Shown here in pieces: positions 12,869-24,165 of a stretch of 64,000 nt of DNA. Every line of letters starts with the position of its first letter. The stretch's first letter is position 1. Under the pieces are notes generated by a model, which saw only the letters and a list, made by a program, of their open reading frames with translations, was not told the DNA's origin and did not search any database. The stretch comes from Leucoraja erinacea (taxonomy: Eukaryota), in NCBI RefSeq assembly GCF_028641065.1, contig NC_073408.1, positions 12,028,001 to 12,092,000 of the forward strand, read 5' to 3'. A program made the translations under genes and the position numbers.

Positions 12869-12937
12869 TGGCTGACTCAGTGGTAGAGTGCTCGGCTCAT
12901 ATCCGCAAGGTCGCGAGTTTGCGCCTTGATCCCGGCA
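12869..12937 (+). pseudogene. tRNA-Met-like (CAT) degenerate segment inside the DNA transposon
   Basis: CTCAGTGGTAGAG D-arm, CGG-CTCATAT-CCG anticodon arm, degenerate T-arm GAGTTTGCGCCTT; no clear acceptor stem. Confidence 0.5.
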
Positions 12938-13199
12938 GAAGAAGTTGGAGCGGGGCTGGGCTGGGCTGCTGCTGGCTGTGGGTCTCTGGGATCTCTGTGC
13001 TTGCGGTGGGCCTGGTGGTCGACGTCCAATTGGTCCTGACGTCTCCGGTGACTGCACTGACCTGCAGCCATCGCCGTCGTGAAGACAGTACAAAGCTCCC
13101 ACGCCGGTGCAATGAGCGGGGAGCTGTAGAGGGGAGGGAAGGGGTCACACACATGGCCGGGAAGCAGAGGGGTGTAGGTGGGGTGAAATTGAAGGGAGC

Positions 13200-13321
13200 G
13201 ACAATCTGCTGCTGCCTGCACGCTGAGTTTAAAAGTTCCCACGCAAGACTCACAATACACTGTGTATCGTGTCTACCGTGGGAACTTTTTAAACTCAGCG
13301 GGCAGGTAGCAGCAGATTGTC
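13200..13321. repeat. 122-nt near-perfect palindrome/hairpin (second copy 14095-14216)
   Basis: GACAATCTGCTGCTGCCTGC...GCAGGTAGCAGCAGATTGTC, centred on ATACACTGTGTAT. Confidence 0.9.
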
Positions 13322-14956
13322 AATTATTAACCCTCCCGCGCAATATACTCTCACCTTCTCTTTTATGAATGGGGATTTAGTTCCCCTTTCTTCGAGGACC
13401 GACCGGAGGATCCGCTGTCACCTCTGCGGGCCGCCCTCGGTGAACGTCCTGTCTCCCTGTCCCTGGGATAGTAGGGGGCGATCAAACAGCACAATACCCC
13501 CCTCCCCCTCCAACTCCAGAGGAATCCGCTCCCTGATGGGCCGCTATGGCGACAAGTGGCAGTTCGCCCACAGCCCGAGCTGCGCCACCCCAAGAACAAG
13601 AAGTACCTTCCACACTATCAGCTTCTGCCCATACACTGCGTGTTCCTCTGATGTTGGAACGGGGCTGGGCTGGAGTTGCTGATCTGGGATCTCCGTGCTT
13701 GCAGTGGGCCTGGGGGTCGGTGTCCCGATGAGGGGGCGCAGCTCGGGCTGTGTGCGAACTGCCACTTGTCGCTGTAGCGGCCCATCGGGGAGCGGCTTCT
13801 GGTGGTCCTGACGTCTCCGGCCAGTTTGCAGTTTTCCTCTGGAGTTGGAACGGGGCTGGGCTGCTGCTGGCTGTGGGTCTCTGGGATCTCCGTGCTTGCG
13901 GTGGGCCTGGGAGTCGGTGTCCCGTTGGTCCTGACGTGTCCGGTGACTGCACTGTGCTGCTAGAATCGCCGACGTGAAGACAGTGCAAAGCCCCCGCGCC
14001 GGTGCAATGAGCGGGGAGCTGGAGAGGGGAGGGAAGGGGTCACACACATGGCCAGGAAGCAGAGGGGTGTAGGTGGGGTGAAACTGAAGGGAGCGACAAT
14101 CTGCTGCTGCCTGCCTGCTGAGTTATAAAGTTCCCACGCAAGACTCACGATACACTGTGTATCGTGTCTACCGTGGGAACTTTTTTAACTCAGCGGGCAG
14201 GTAGCAGCATATTGTCAATTATTAACCCTCCCGCGCAATATACCCTCACCTCTTTATGAATGGGGATTTAGTTCCTCTTTCTTCGAGGACTGACCGGAGG
14301 TTCCGCTGTCACCTCTGCGGGCCGCCCTCGGTGAACGTTTTCAAGGACCTTTCTTCAAGGACCGAAAAAATGTCGCTATTCGGAGGTTTTCGTTATTTGG
14401 ATCGTCGGATAAAAGGTTGTGCACCTGTATGTTTCTCTCTGTGGTGTCAATTCTTAGAAGATGTAGATTACAATCATCATTAAGCCCAACAATTCCTCTT
14501 ATTATAGTGTGGGGAAATGTTCAACACCAGTGAAATGGTGAGTTAACAATCAAGTAGAGGTTTTTCGGGCTCGGAATCGAAGGTACCATGCTATTTAGAC
14601 CGGGTGATCAAAGTCGGTTGAAAATAAAATAAATGGAAGCTGTCACTAAATTTGAAGTTCAAATGCACTCGTTAGCAAAGCTCTGACTTGTAATCTGTGG
14701 GCTAGAGGTGAATAATTGCAATTAGTCCCTGTGCTAATTCACTGAAATTTGCTGAAAAGAATCAAGAGGAGAATGGCTGGACTATTACTGAGTTTCTTGT
14801 CTGTGGTTGACAGCAGGTATGATCAATCATTTCAACACCTTTGGGGCAAGCATGGATTCTCTTCTCAAACTGAAGGCTATGCCTGGCTTCAGTGCATTCT
14901 GCTCAACTACTGCCAGCTAGCTGCATCACACTATGACTCTGGAATGCCTTCCCTTA

Positions 14957-15211
14957 AGGGCCTGTCCCACTTGGCGATTTTTTTGGCGACTGCCGGCATT
15001 ATTGATTGATGTATCGGGGGCGCTGAAAGACTTTGACCATTTCAAAATTCAGCGGCGACAAAAAAAATGTAGTGACACTTGAGGAAACACCGCGTGTTAA
15101 TACGTGGTCACGCCGCGTCACGCCGCGTCACGCCACGTCCTTTTCGGTGACCTGATGCGTCAGTCAATGATGCTGGCAGCCGCTGAAAACTTCATCAATG
15201 GGACAGGCCCT
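14957..15211. mobile_element. MITE, PIF/Harbinger-like
   Basis: AGGGCCTGTCCCA...TGGGACAGGCCCT, flanks TTA/TAA, long imperfect inverted arms. Confidence 0.8.
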
Positions 15212-15289
15212 TAACACTCGCTGCCTCTACTCCTTGCAGATGTCCTCGATCAAGATGTTTTCATATTCGTCATCAAATACTTTTGGTAT

Positions 15290-15500
15290 TTTCACAGAAG
15301 GCTGTGGAAGCCATGTCAGTGGATATTTTTAAGGCAGCGATAGATAGATTCTTGATTAGCACGGGTGTCAGAGGTTATGGGGAGAAGGCAAGAGAATGGG
15401 GTTAGGAGGTACAGATAGATCAGCCATGAGTGAATGGCGAAGTAGACTTGATTGGCTGAATGGCTTAATTCTGCTCCAATCCCTTATGATCTTATTATCT
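15290..15500 (+). mobile_element. CR1 3' tail
   Basis: Same tail as 36590-36795. Confidence 0.8.
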
Positions 15501-16309
15501 TGAAGCTTCTATTAAATGCCAGTGGTTATTGATTGGTTACTTTCCTGGAATTATCATGCGCCATTTATTTTTGAACGGTTGTGGTCTGAAGGCTGTTTTA
15601 GGATGATTGTGTGGTCTTATGGAGAGAGGCATGATGGTTCCATAAACCAAAATCTTCCCAAGACTTATTGTAAGGCTATCATGATGTCTCTGACAGAAAC
15701 CAAAGGTCTGAACAAGCCGTGGCTTGTTTAACAGGGAGTCACTGTTTCCTATAGAGGGAAGCTGAAGGCTCACTGATGCGGTACCACTGTCTCTCACTGA
15801 TGGTTTGGTGGCTGAGTGGAGCAACAGGACATGCCAGTGGGAGTATGAGATGAGGAGTGAAATGAAAATTATTATGATACATGTGTCCAAGTGTTGTTGG
15901 AGCAGTTAATGCAGAATGGAAATACATTTTTGAAAGGGGATCTTGTCACTGTGCAAAACACAAAATTTAGCAATTCTGTTTCTATTGTCATCTTTGGAGT
16001 GCAATATGCTTTGTGTCAAAATATGCGTGAAGCTGCATAAATATTTGAAATCTATCCGCTGTGACTTTGTTAAAATATAGGATATTGCTTTTTGTTCATG
16101 CTGCTTTTAACCAATGGTCTGAATGTCTATTTGGCCTAAAGTGAACTCATTCCCTTCAGCCTTGTCCAGATACAAGACTCCAATAGAGAGACATTTTGCT
16201 GTCTTAATATTTTGATCGGGGAAGTAGATGCTGTGCCTGGATCTTTCCTAATGACCAAGGCTGTATTATCTATCAAAATTGGCTCTGTGGACCATGGTGC
16301 CAGGTTCAA

Positions 16310-17210
16310 TTCCCCCTATACCCTCTCTCCTTTGCCCCCCTCCACCTAGTTGGGCACCAATTTCTTCCACTATCCCACCCCTCTCTCCACACTTCCACTC
16401 ATCCCATCCACCTACATCCCTCCTTTCAGCTGCACGTTTCATTCTTCTTCTCTATTTGCCTGATACTCTCACTCTTTCTCCTTTTCACCTCTAGCTTTTG
16501 TCACTTACTCCACCCATCTGCCAATCAAAGCCCCTCACCTGTAATTACCTAACACTTAGTTATAGAGTCATACAGCATGGAAACAGGCCCTTCAGTCCAT
16601 CCTTCATACTAACCAAGATACCCCATCTAAGCTTGGCCCATGTCCCTCTCAACCATTCCTGTCCATGTCCCTGTCCAATAGTCTTTTAAATACTATTATA
16701 GGATCTGCCTCTACCTCCTATGGCAGCTCATTCCATATACCCACCAACCTCTGAGTGAAAACGTTTCCCCTCAGGTTTGTATTAAATCTTGTCTCTCTCA
16801 CCTTACGACATTGTGCTTTTACCCTATCTATTCCCCTGATGATTTTATAGACTTCTATAAGATTACCCCTCAGCCACCTGCACTCCATGGAAAAAAGCCT
16901 GAGTCAGCCCAACCTCTCCCTATAGCTCAACCCCATCAAGTTCTGGCAACATGCTCGTAAATTTTCTCTGCCCTCTTTCAGGCTTAATGACATCCTTCCT
17001 ATAGCAGGGTGGCCAAAACTGAACACAAGAGCGGCCTCACCAACGTGTTGCATGACTGCAACATAATGAAGCCAGGCTTTGTACTGATACCACCTCTCTT
17101 TTCCTGCTCAATCAATCTGAAGAAGGTTCCCGTTCCAAAGCATTGCCCATCTGTTCCCCCCACAGATTGCTGCCTAACCCACTAAGTTATGTCAGCACTT
17201 TGTGTTTTTG
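16310..17210 (+). mobile_element. Penelope-like 3' fragment split by a CR1 insertion
   Basis: Pyrimidine-rich PLE sequence resumes at ~17071 and leads to a degenerate hammerhead at ~17117. Confidence 0.55.
16560..17065 (-). mobile_element. CR1 LINE 3' fragment
   Basis: Reverse complement of the 860-1316 family. Confidence 0.8.
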
Positions 17211-17489
17211 TGCAGTATAATGTAGACCATCTCAGGTGGAGGAGCAATTGATGTCCTGTAGATGGGGAGATGTCTTGTTCCAGGTGGCCTCATTGAAAAT
17301 GGCATGGATGATGGCTTGTATTGGCAGACCTAAACTGAATATGAAATGATTTTCATAGTTGAATGGTTTTAGCAAGTGGTATAAAACAAGGTGGTTCCAT
17401 CAAGAGGGCTGGACTGTTGATCTTGGGACATCAGGATGGGGAGTGTTGATCTAAGAGATAAAATCCATTGGCAGATGGAGAACATATAT

Positions 17490-17720
17490 TCAAACTGGAA
17501 CTGAAAAGCTAGAATCACAAATGGTGGCCATGTTATAAAAAATGTATCTGGGTCACTGACTTCCTTCAGGGAAATAAATCTTCTATCCTTGCCTGTTGTG
17601 GTTTATATCTGAATCGAAACCCATAACAAAGTGGTTGATTCGTAACTTTCCTCTAAATAGCCAAGCAAACCATTGAGTTTGAGGAATTCTGAATGGGCAG
17701 CCAATGACACCTACCTCTTC
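17490..17720 (+). mobile_element. Old SINE 3' half (second SINE family)
   Basis: Similar to 38010-38220. Confidence 0.5.
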
Positions 17721-17910
17721 AAATAGCTGGATGACCCGGAAGTCTTAAATGAGACACTGAATCCAAAGATTTACTAATGATAGGTTGAAGCTATTGTAAA
17801 TAGTCTGCACTCGGTAGCATGCTACCAAATCAAATTTCATTATTGAGCATATCTATACCTTTTTAAATTTGAGCTATACGTCTTTTGATGTTGGATTATA
17901 TTAGATAAAT

Positions 17911-18084
17911 TATTCTTCTTATCGAGTCCACACACAAGATTAGTCGTTCAGCCGGAGCTGAACACGCTTCTCGGCATCTGCATACAATGGTGTCTGGCTT
18001 GTCGTTTTGTGCGTTTCTTTTGTGTGGTGGTGGAAAGATTGGTGGAAACGGGGCCGTGACTTGAACGCTCTTTCCTTGACCCCC
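17911..18084 (-). mobile_element. 174-bp non-autonomous retroelement with a 5' HDV-like ribozyme
   Basis: TSD ATTAG(A/G)TAAAT at 17900-17910 and 18085-18095; minus-strand tail GATAAGAAGAATA; 3' hairpin GTTCAGC-N4-GCTGAAC. Confidence 0.8.
18032..18084 (-). ncRNA. Minimal HDV-like ribozyme fold, partly mutated
   Basis: GGGGGTC AA GGAAAGA GCG TTCAAGT CAC GGCCCC GT TTCCA CCAA TCTTTCC = P1, P2, P3, L3, P3', P1', P1.1, linker, J4/2, P2'. Confidence 0.7.
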
Positions 18085-18290
18085 ATTAGGTAAATGTTAA
18101 TGGAGTTTGTGCTCTATTACAGAATACCAGAAGTACACTTGGGCATCTTGATTGGAATGAAAATGAGTTACATTTGTTGTTCCTTCAATTTGCCCTTGGG
18201 TTTAGGTTTATAATTGTCACATGTACCAAGCTAGAGTAACAAAAACACATGTGCTTGCAAGCTATGCAAAAAAACCCAGATAATAGTATA

Positions 18291-18765
18291 GGGTGATTTC
18301 ACTAAAGGTCACTGGAGCGTAGATCGACACCCACGTGACCAAAAATCTCAAGTGGAGGACATTCTAAAGATCCGGTACATGTTAGTGGATGGGAAAACAC
18401 GCACTTTCCCACCCGTTAAAAACATAGAAAACGTCCAGGTTTTGATCTACAATTTATTGTGCCAGTCGGGGTGACCACGAGGCACAGCTATCTAGATTTA
18501 CAGGGGAAAAAAAAGATAGAAACTAAGGTAAATTAAAGAGGGAGCTGAAGGTGCCAATCCAGCGGAAGTGAACAGCCGACATTTGCCGTGGAGATTTAAA
18601 GGTCCAAAATATCGGGAATTATCGTTTTCTATGTTTTTAACGGGTGGGAAAGTGCGTGTTTTCCCATCCACTAACATGTACCGGAACTCTAGAATGTCCT
18701 CCACTTGAGATTTTTGGTCACGTGGGTGCGGATCTACGCTCCAGTGACCTTTAGTGAAATCACCC
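18291..18765. mobile_element. Foldback MITE with 143-bp TIRs
   Basis: 18291-18433 is the near-perfect inverse of 18623-18765; TATA on both sides. Confidence 0.9.
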
Positions 18766-19424
18766 TATACATGCATATAATCAACCCAAACACAAGTGCA
18801 AGAGCAAAGAGAAAGACATCAAAGTGCAGGATATATCATTATAATGTAACGAATCCAGAGAAAAAGTCCAATGTTCCCCGTGGAAAAATTGCTGTGCAGT
18901 AATGTGTGGCTACCAACAATGTATATGCTATTCTTTGAGACTTGTATCTGGTCTGGATTGGGAGATAAATTACTTGAATGGTGCATTTATAAGCGAGTGG
19001 GTGAATACATACTATGGGTTTAGATGCGACGTTGATTTAATGAATCATTTATTGATAAAATAACGGACTGGCTTGCACAAATGTCTCATTGTAACACCAA
19101 TTAATGTAAGGTTTTCCATTTCCAATCGATCTCATACACATTGATCCAAGTCAACATTCCTTTTAAGCTGATGTCACGAAAATAAAGATTTCAAAGAGAG
19201 ACTTAATTTTTCAAAAGCATTCTTTATGAAAGAGTGACATCTAGAATTCAAAGTGACTTTGAAAGAATTGTCCATGGACTTCAAAGACCTGGCAGTTATT
19301 GACTGAAGATACGGTAAACAATGGTATCTCTGTGCAACATTTAATTGCCTTATTTTTTAAAAATGTTTCTGCAAACAGAAAAGCCAGAGATAACGCCTAA
19401 ATTAATGGATTATTAGAATTATTT

Positions 19425-19735
19425 TGTTTAGAGATGCTGAGGTAATAGCCCCTGCAGTCGACTGTGTCCGGGCCAACCATTGATCACCCATTCATACTAC
19501 TTCTAAGTTATCCCACTTACTTATCCATTCATCGCACATTAGGGGAAATGTTATAGAGGCCAATTAAGCAACAAACCTGCACTTTTTAGATGTGGGAGGA
19601 AACTGGAGCACTCGGAGGAAACCCATGCATTTACAGGGAGAACACACAAACTCCACATACATAACACCTGAGGTCAGGATCGAACCCGGGTCTTTGGCGA
19701 TGTGAGACACCAGATCTACCAGCTGCGCTACTATT
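19425..19735 (-). mobile_element. tRNA-derived SINE, older subfamily
   Basis: GGATCGAACCCGGG (B-box on the minus strand) and shared body. Confidence 0.75.
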
Positions 19736-21073
19736 ATCATGATTCACTGTGATTCAGATCATGAACCCAATTCATTTTGTTCTTTCTGTTGTTCATTTTC
19801 CATATGTGTGCAGGCCAAGTAGCAGTTTTGCTTTGCTGCTAAACATTCAGAAATCCCTTTACACCTCGTCAGTAACTGGGTCACTAAAACCAATATCTTG
19901 CTATAAACGTTTTAGCCTTTAACTGTCTAGTCACCTGGTCTATTTAAACAGATGACTTGCATTTTTAAAATACTGCCCATCAAAATACCCCGAGGTTAAA
20001 TGGCTTCTGGATAGTTTAGCTCTCTGTACCTCTGAGTAATTTAAGAAAGCGTGAAAGGATTGAAATACCCACACATTGTTGCCTTGAAAGCTATCCCTGG
20101 AACTGATATTCTCAGCAGTGCAACTTATGAAATAAAGATATGGTTGACATTACGTATTGATAAGGATAACCTGCAAGTCTTCTATCCAAGGAATGAACAT
20201 TTAAACAATGTGTTATTGTGGTACAGCAGGGCTGACAAGAGTGCAATATTCAAAGACTTCTCTAAACTACCAATTGCTCTTTGGAAATGCTTGCAGACTG
20301 ACATTATGCACGTTTAAATGCATCATATTTTCTGGTCACATCATTGTTCTACTGATTGCTTGCACACAGGAGTAGTGAAGAAGTCCCCTTTTGCGTGTAT
20401 CTTCACCGATAATCACTGCTGCCCCTGTAGTTTCAGACAACATTTCAAGCTTTGAAAAGTTGTGGTATAATTCTGAAAAGCAAATAAATTTGGCTAATAA
20501 AATAATATGTTTGAAATACACAGCAGGATCATCAACTTTCCAAAAATAAGGTTAATAAATTTGATGAATGTTAATCATTTTGCTTTTCAGATGTTATTTA
20601 ACCAGCTGAATAGTTCAAACATTCTCTGATCATAATGTACAGCTCCAGAATATTTGCTTTTCACATTGGATTTATTTTCTTTTGATCTATATTTAGCAAT
20701 GTTTTTAAGATCTCAAACACATTCCAATACGATAATATTATTAAAGGTGATCATACCTAAAGGATGTAATGCATTAATTTGCATGGTTAAGCAGAACCAA
20801 TTTTCTCGTTCTCTGAATTTGTTAACATGCAGCTTCTAACTTTTATTTTAAAGTTTCAAATACAGAGGGATGGAATTTATGACCACCATTACCTTCTGAA
20901 TAAAATCCATACTTGCCTAAAGCAGTCATTCCATCAGGCATGTGGGGAAAATATGATCCAAATTATGGCAAAGCCACTTCTACATCACTTCTATGTCAAA
21001 ACAGGATCACAAGGGATGTAAGGACAAAACTTGCCACATTTACCAAAGCCAATGTGACTCGCTGAAGTCTCGC

Positions 21074-21094
21074 TATATATATATATATATATAT
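21074..21094. repeat. (TA)n microsatellite
   Basis: Read directly. Confidence 0.95.
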
Positions 21095-21769
21095 AATATA
21101 GAAGCACAAACATGCAATGAAAGTCATGCAAGAATAGCAGAGAGGTTCCCAGACAAATAATTTTCCTGACACTTTTCCTCTCAAGTTCAGAGTTCTGCTC
21201 CTTCCTGTAGCAAGGGATAGATGGCTTTCAATGACACAATTGTTGTATTGAGAAAAGTCAAAATGTAGATGGATTGAGATACTGTAATTATTGTCAGGGT
21301 TTAATTATAAATTGGAGCTATCTAGCAGTGCCAATGGCTGTGGAATAGACGGCCAGGATTGCCCTGATGTCGAGTATCTCATTGTAGGAATTCATCAGGT
21401 TGTTTAACTGGCCTTGAGGTCATGACTTATATTTCTGTGCATGACATCCACTCACCATAATTCTCTGCCTTACTTAAGGGGTGGATATGCTGACTCCCTG
21501 TGGTGGATGGGGCAAAGATCTTTTTGGGGCAGGTTGATGCCTGGAGACTGCAATAATGTAAACTGGTTATGCTGACCATTCAGCAAGTTCCAGGCAAAAG
21601 GCAATTATACACATCAAATATTCTAAGTTGAGGGACGAATGAGGACTACTTACTCTTCATCCCTTCTAAAACAAGTAATAGACACTTAGAACTATCAACA
21701 AAATATTTATTATTTAAGGCAGTAATCTCTCAATTAACAGTTGTGCCTAGCCCAACAATAGGGAAGAGA

Positions 21770-22370
21770 GAGCATAGAAGGGCACAGTACAGCATAGAGA
21801 TAGGCCCTTCAGCCCACAATGTTTGTGCCGAACATGATACTGAGTTAAACTGATCTCATCTGCCTGTCCATGATCCATATCCCTCTATTCCCTGAACATC
21901 CATGTGCCTATCTAAAAACCTTTTAAACACCACTGGATAAGTGATGACATCTGCCTCCACCACTACCCTTGGCAATAGATTCCAGGCCCTCTCCACATTC
22001 TGTGCAGTGTGTAAAAAAAAAACACGCCCCACACATCTCCATTAAACGTTCCTGCTCTCATTTTATAGCTGTGCCCTCTAGTGTTGGACATTTCCACCCT
22101 GGGAAAATAGTTCTATCTATGCTTCTCATGTTTATATATTTGTCTCAAATCTCGCTTGAACCTCTGAGGTTCCAGAGAAAACAATCCAAGTCTATCCATC
22201 CCCTCCTTGTAGCTGAAACCCTCTAATGCAGGCAGTATTTTGGAAAATCACTTCTATGCCCTCCCAAAGCCTCCATCCGCATCTTTCCTGTAATTACCTA
22301 ACCAGAACTGTAAGCAATACTCTAATTGCGGACAAGCAAATGTCCTCTAGAGCTGCATCACGATTTCCTG
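21770..22370 (-). mobile_element. CR1 LINE 3' fragment, decayed
   Basis: Starts with the reverse CR1 tail (AGGCCCTTCAGCCCAC) and continues into ORF2 C-terminal remnants. Confidence 0.7.
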
Positions 22371-23949
22371 GATCTATAGCTCTACCACATAGTTCGTCCA
22401 TTTCTTCAGCAATGCTCCTCAACCATGAATCAATGTCCACCTGTAGCCTGAGCTGTTCGGTTTCTGAATTAAATCAACTTTAGGTACTCAATGGTACTCC
22501 TTAGTTATCAGCTATAATGTAGTACCATCTGCATTCCTGTTTCTAATTAATAATTAGTTTATAGTTTACATATGAAAAATATTATATTTTAATGATGCAT
22601 TAATCAAAAGGCATTAGTATAAATTAATATGCATGAGGAGGGGAAAGAGAACAAGGATTATTTCTTTTCATACAGGATAATAAATGGTTGCAGTGAACTT
22701 GGTTCAGCTACATCCACCAAACACTTCAAATCAATAGGTGTTTTAATGAAACATGGTTGAGGTGATATTCACGAAGAATGAGGTCAGTTAGACTAAAGGT
22801 CTGAAGGCTGAATGTATATCCTTGCTGACTTGCAAGGGCGCAACTGTGCACACTTTAATCAAACTTGTATATCTCAAGTATAACAAATGGGTAACAACCT
22901 CTTGGCATTTTCAATTAATTTGTGCCAGGCCTGTCCATAGATTTTAAGCATGGACTCGTAAATTGCTCCCAACCTCTTGCTTTTTAGAATTTTTTTTCTT
23001 CCCACGCATCATTTTGAAGTGCAATTGATCACTCCTTGCAGCAGTCAGGAGATCTCTGTTCTCTCACTCAATCGTATCATTAGCTGAAATTTTCTAAAAC
23101 ATTCAGCATTTTGTGAATCGTTTGATGTCGAGTTCATTGTTTGCACAGAGAAGGATTAATTTCTCAAAGAGAAACGTTGGAAGTCATAATGTTTTCAATT
23201 AATGCCTCAGTCGTAGACAAAAATCAATGGTGACCCATGCACACTTGGAATAAACCACGGCCCAGGGCTGCAGCCTAGGAATGCTTGAATGAGTTGTGCA
23301 CATTCACCAGCCCATGTTTACACAATGAAAACTGCATAATAATAAACCTCTCCAGCTCCATCCCCTCGAGCTGCTTCTGTTGCATTGAACCACGAGAAAC
23401 AGGAGAAAATAAAAAAATGACATTTGTTGGTGTGAACTGAGCCAAAGTAAAACATGGCACTGGACTCGCTGCAAGTTCCTGGACCCGAGACTCCAACCTC
23501 TGATTCAGCTCCTTAAGATTCCTTAATCCTCCCCACTCTGAATGTTACTGCCACTTGCCCAACCCTCCCTCCTACCTTCACTATTGGAACTGGAGACTTG
23601 TCATTTTCACAGCATTAACGAGCTGGTCCAGTGCATGACACATGCAGAGGCAGATGATGTCCGCCTTGCCGTCTAGGGTTCCTTAATAAAAGATGGTCAC
23701 CCATTCTACCTTTGCCTTCAGTGTAGAGAAGTTCACATCCTGAGCACTGAACATCACACAAAGTTGAAAGTAGTGAATCACAGCCCTGCCTCGGTACAGA
23801 ATAACTATGGCTGATATATTGGCTGCACTACATATTTTGGTTTGCAGTATTATGGTCTGGTTACTGAGTATAACAAAGTTTATTGTACAGCAAGTAAGAT
23901 TTTTATTGTTATGTCCCCAGTAGATATAAGACCATTAAACACTTGGCTG

Positions 23950-24165
23950 ACACAAGGAACTGCAGATGTTGGTTTTTACAGGAAAAGATACAAAGATTTG
24001 GAGTAACTCAGCAGGCCAGTTTTAATTTCAGAAGAAAATGGATAGGTGACATTTCAGTCCGGGACCCTTCTTCAGACTGATTGAGGTGGAGGGGGAGAAA
24101 AATGGAAGAGAGGTGAGGTCAAGACAAAATCTGGCAAGTGATAGCTGTATACAGGTGAGGGGGTC
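23950..24165 (-). mobile_element. Penelope-derived 3' fragment with hammerhead motif
   Basis: Minus strand CTGAAGAAGGGTCCCGGACTGAAATGTC at ~24048-24075. Confidence 0.7.

Larger units (their letters stand above)
12768..14427. mobile_element. Non-autonomous Tc1/mariner(pogo)-type DNA transposon, composite
   Basis: Perfect 23-bp TIR CAGGTGCACAACCTTTTATCCGA; TA at 12766-12767 and 14428-14429; no transposase ORF; internal ~500-bp duplication. Confidence 0.88.

Noticed and set aside
12494-14148. Cluster of long overlapping ORFs (up to 202 aa)
   Set aside because: They lie in a GC-rich duplicated transposon interior, are low-complexity and open in several frames, and show no transposase or other domain
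15105-15137. Short tandem GTCACGCCGC repeats as a CRISPR-like array
   Set aside because: Three adjacent 10-bp units with no spacers, inside a MITE in a vertebrate genome
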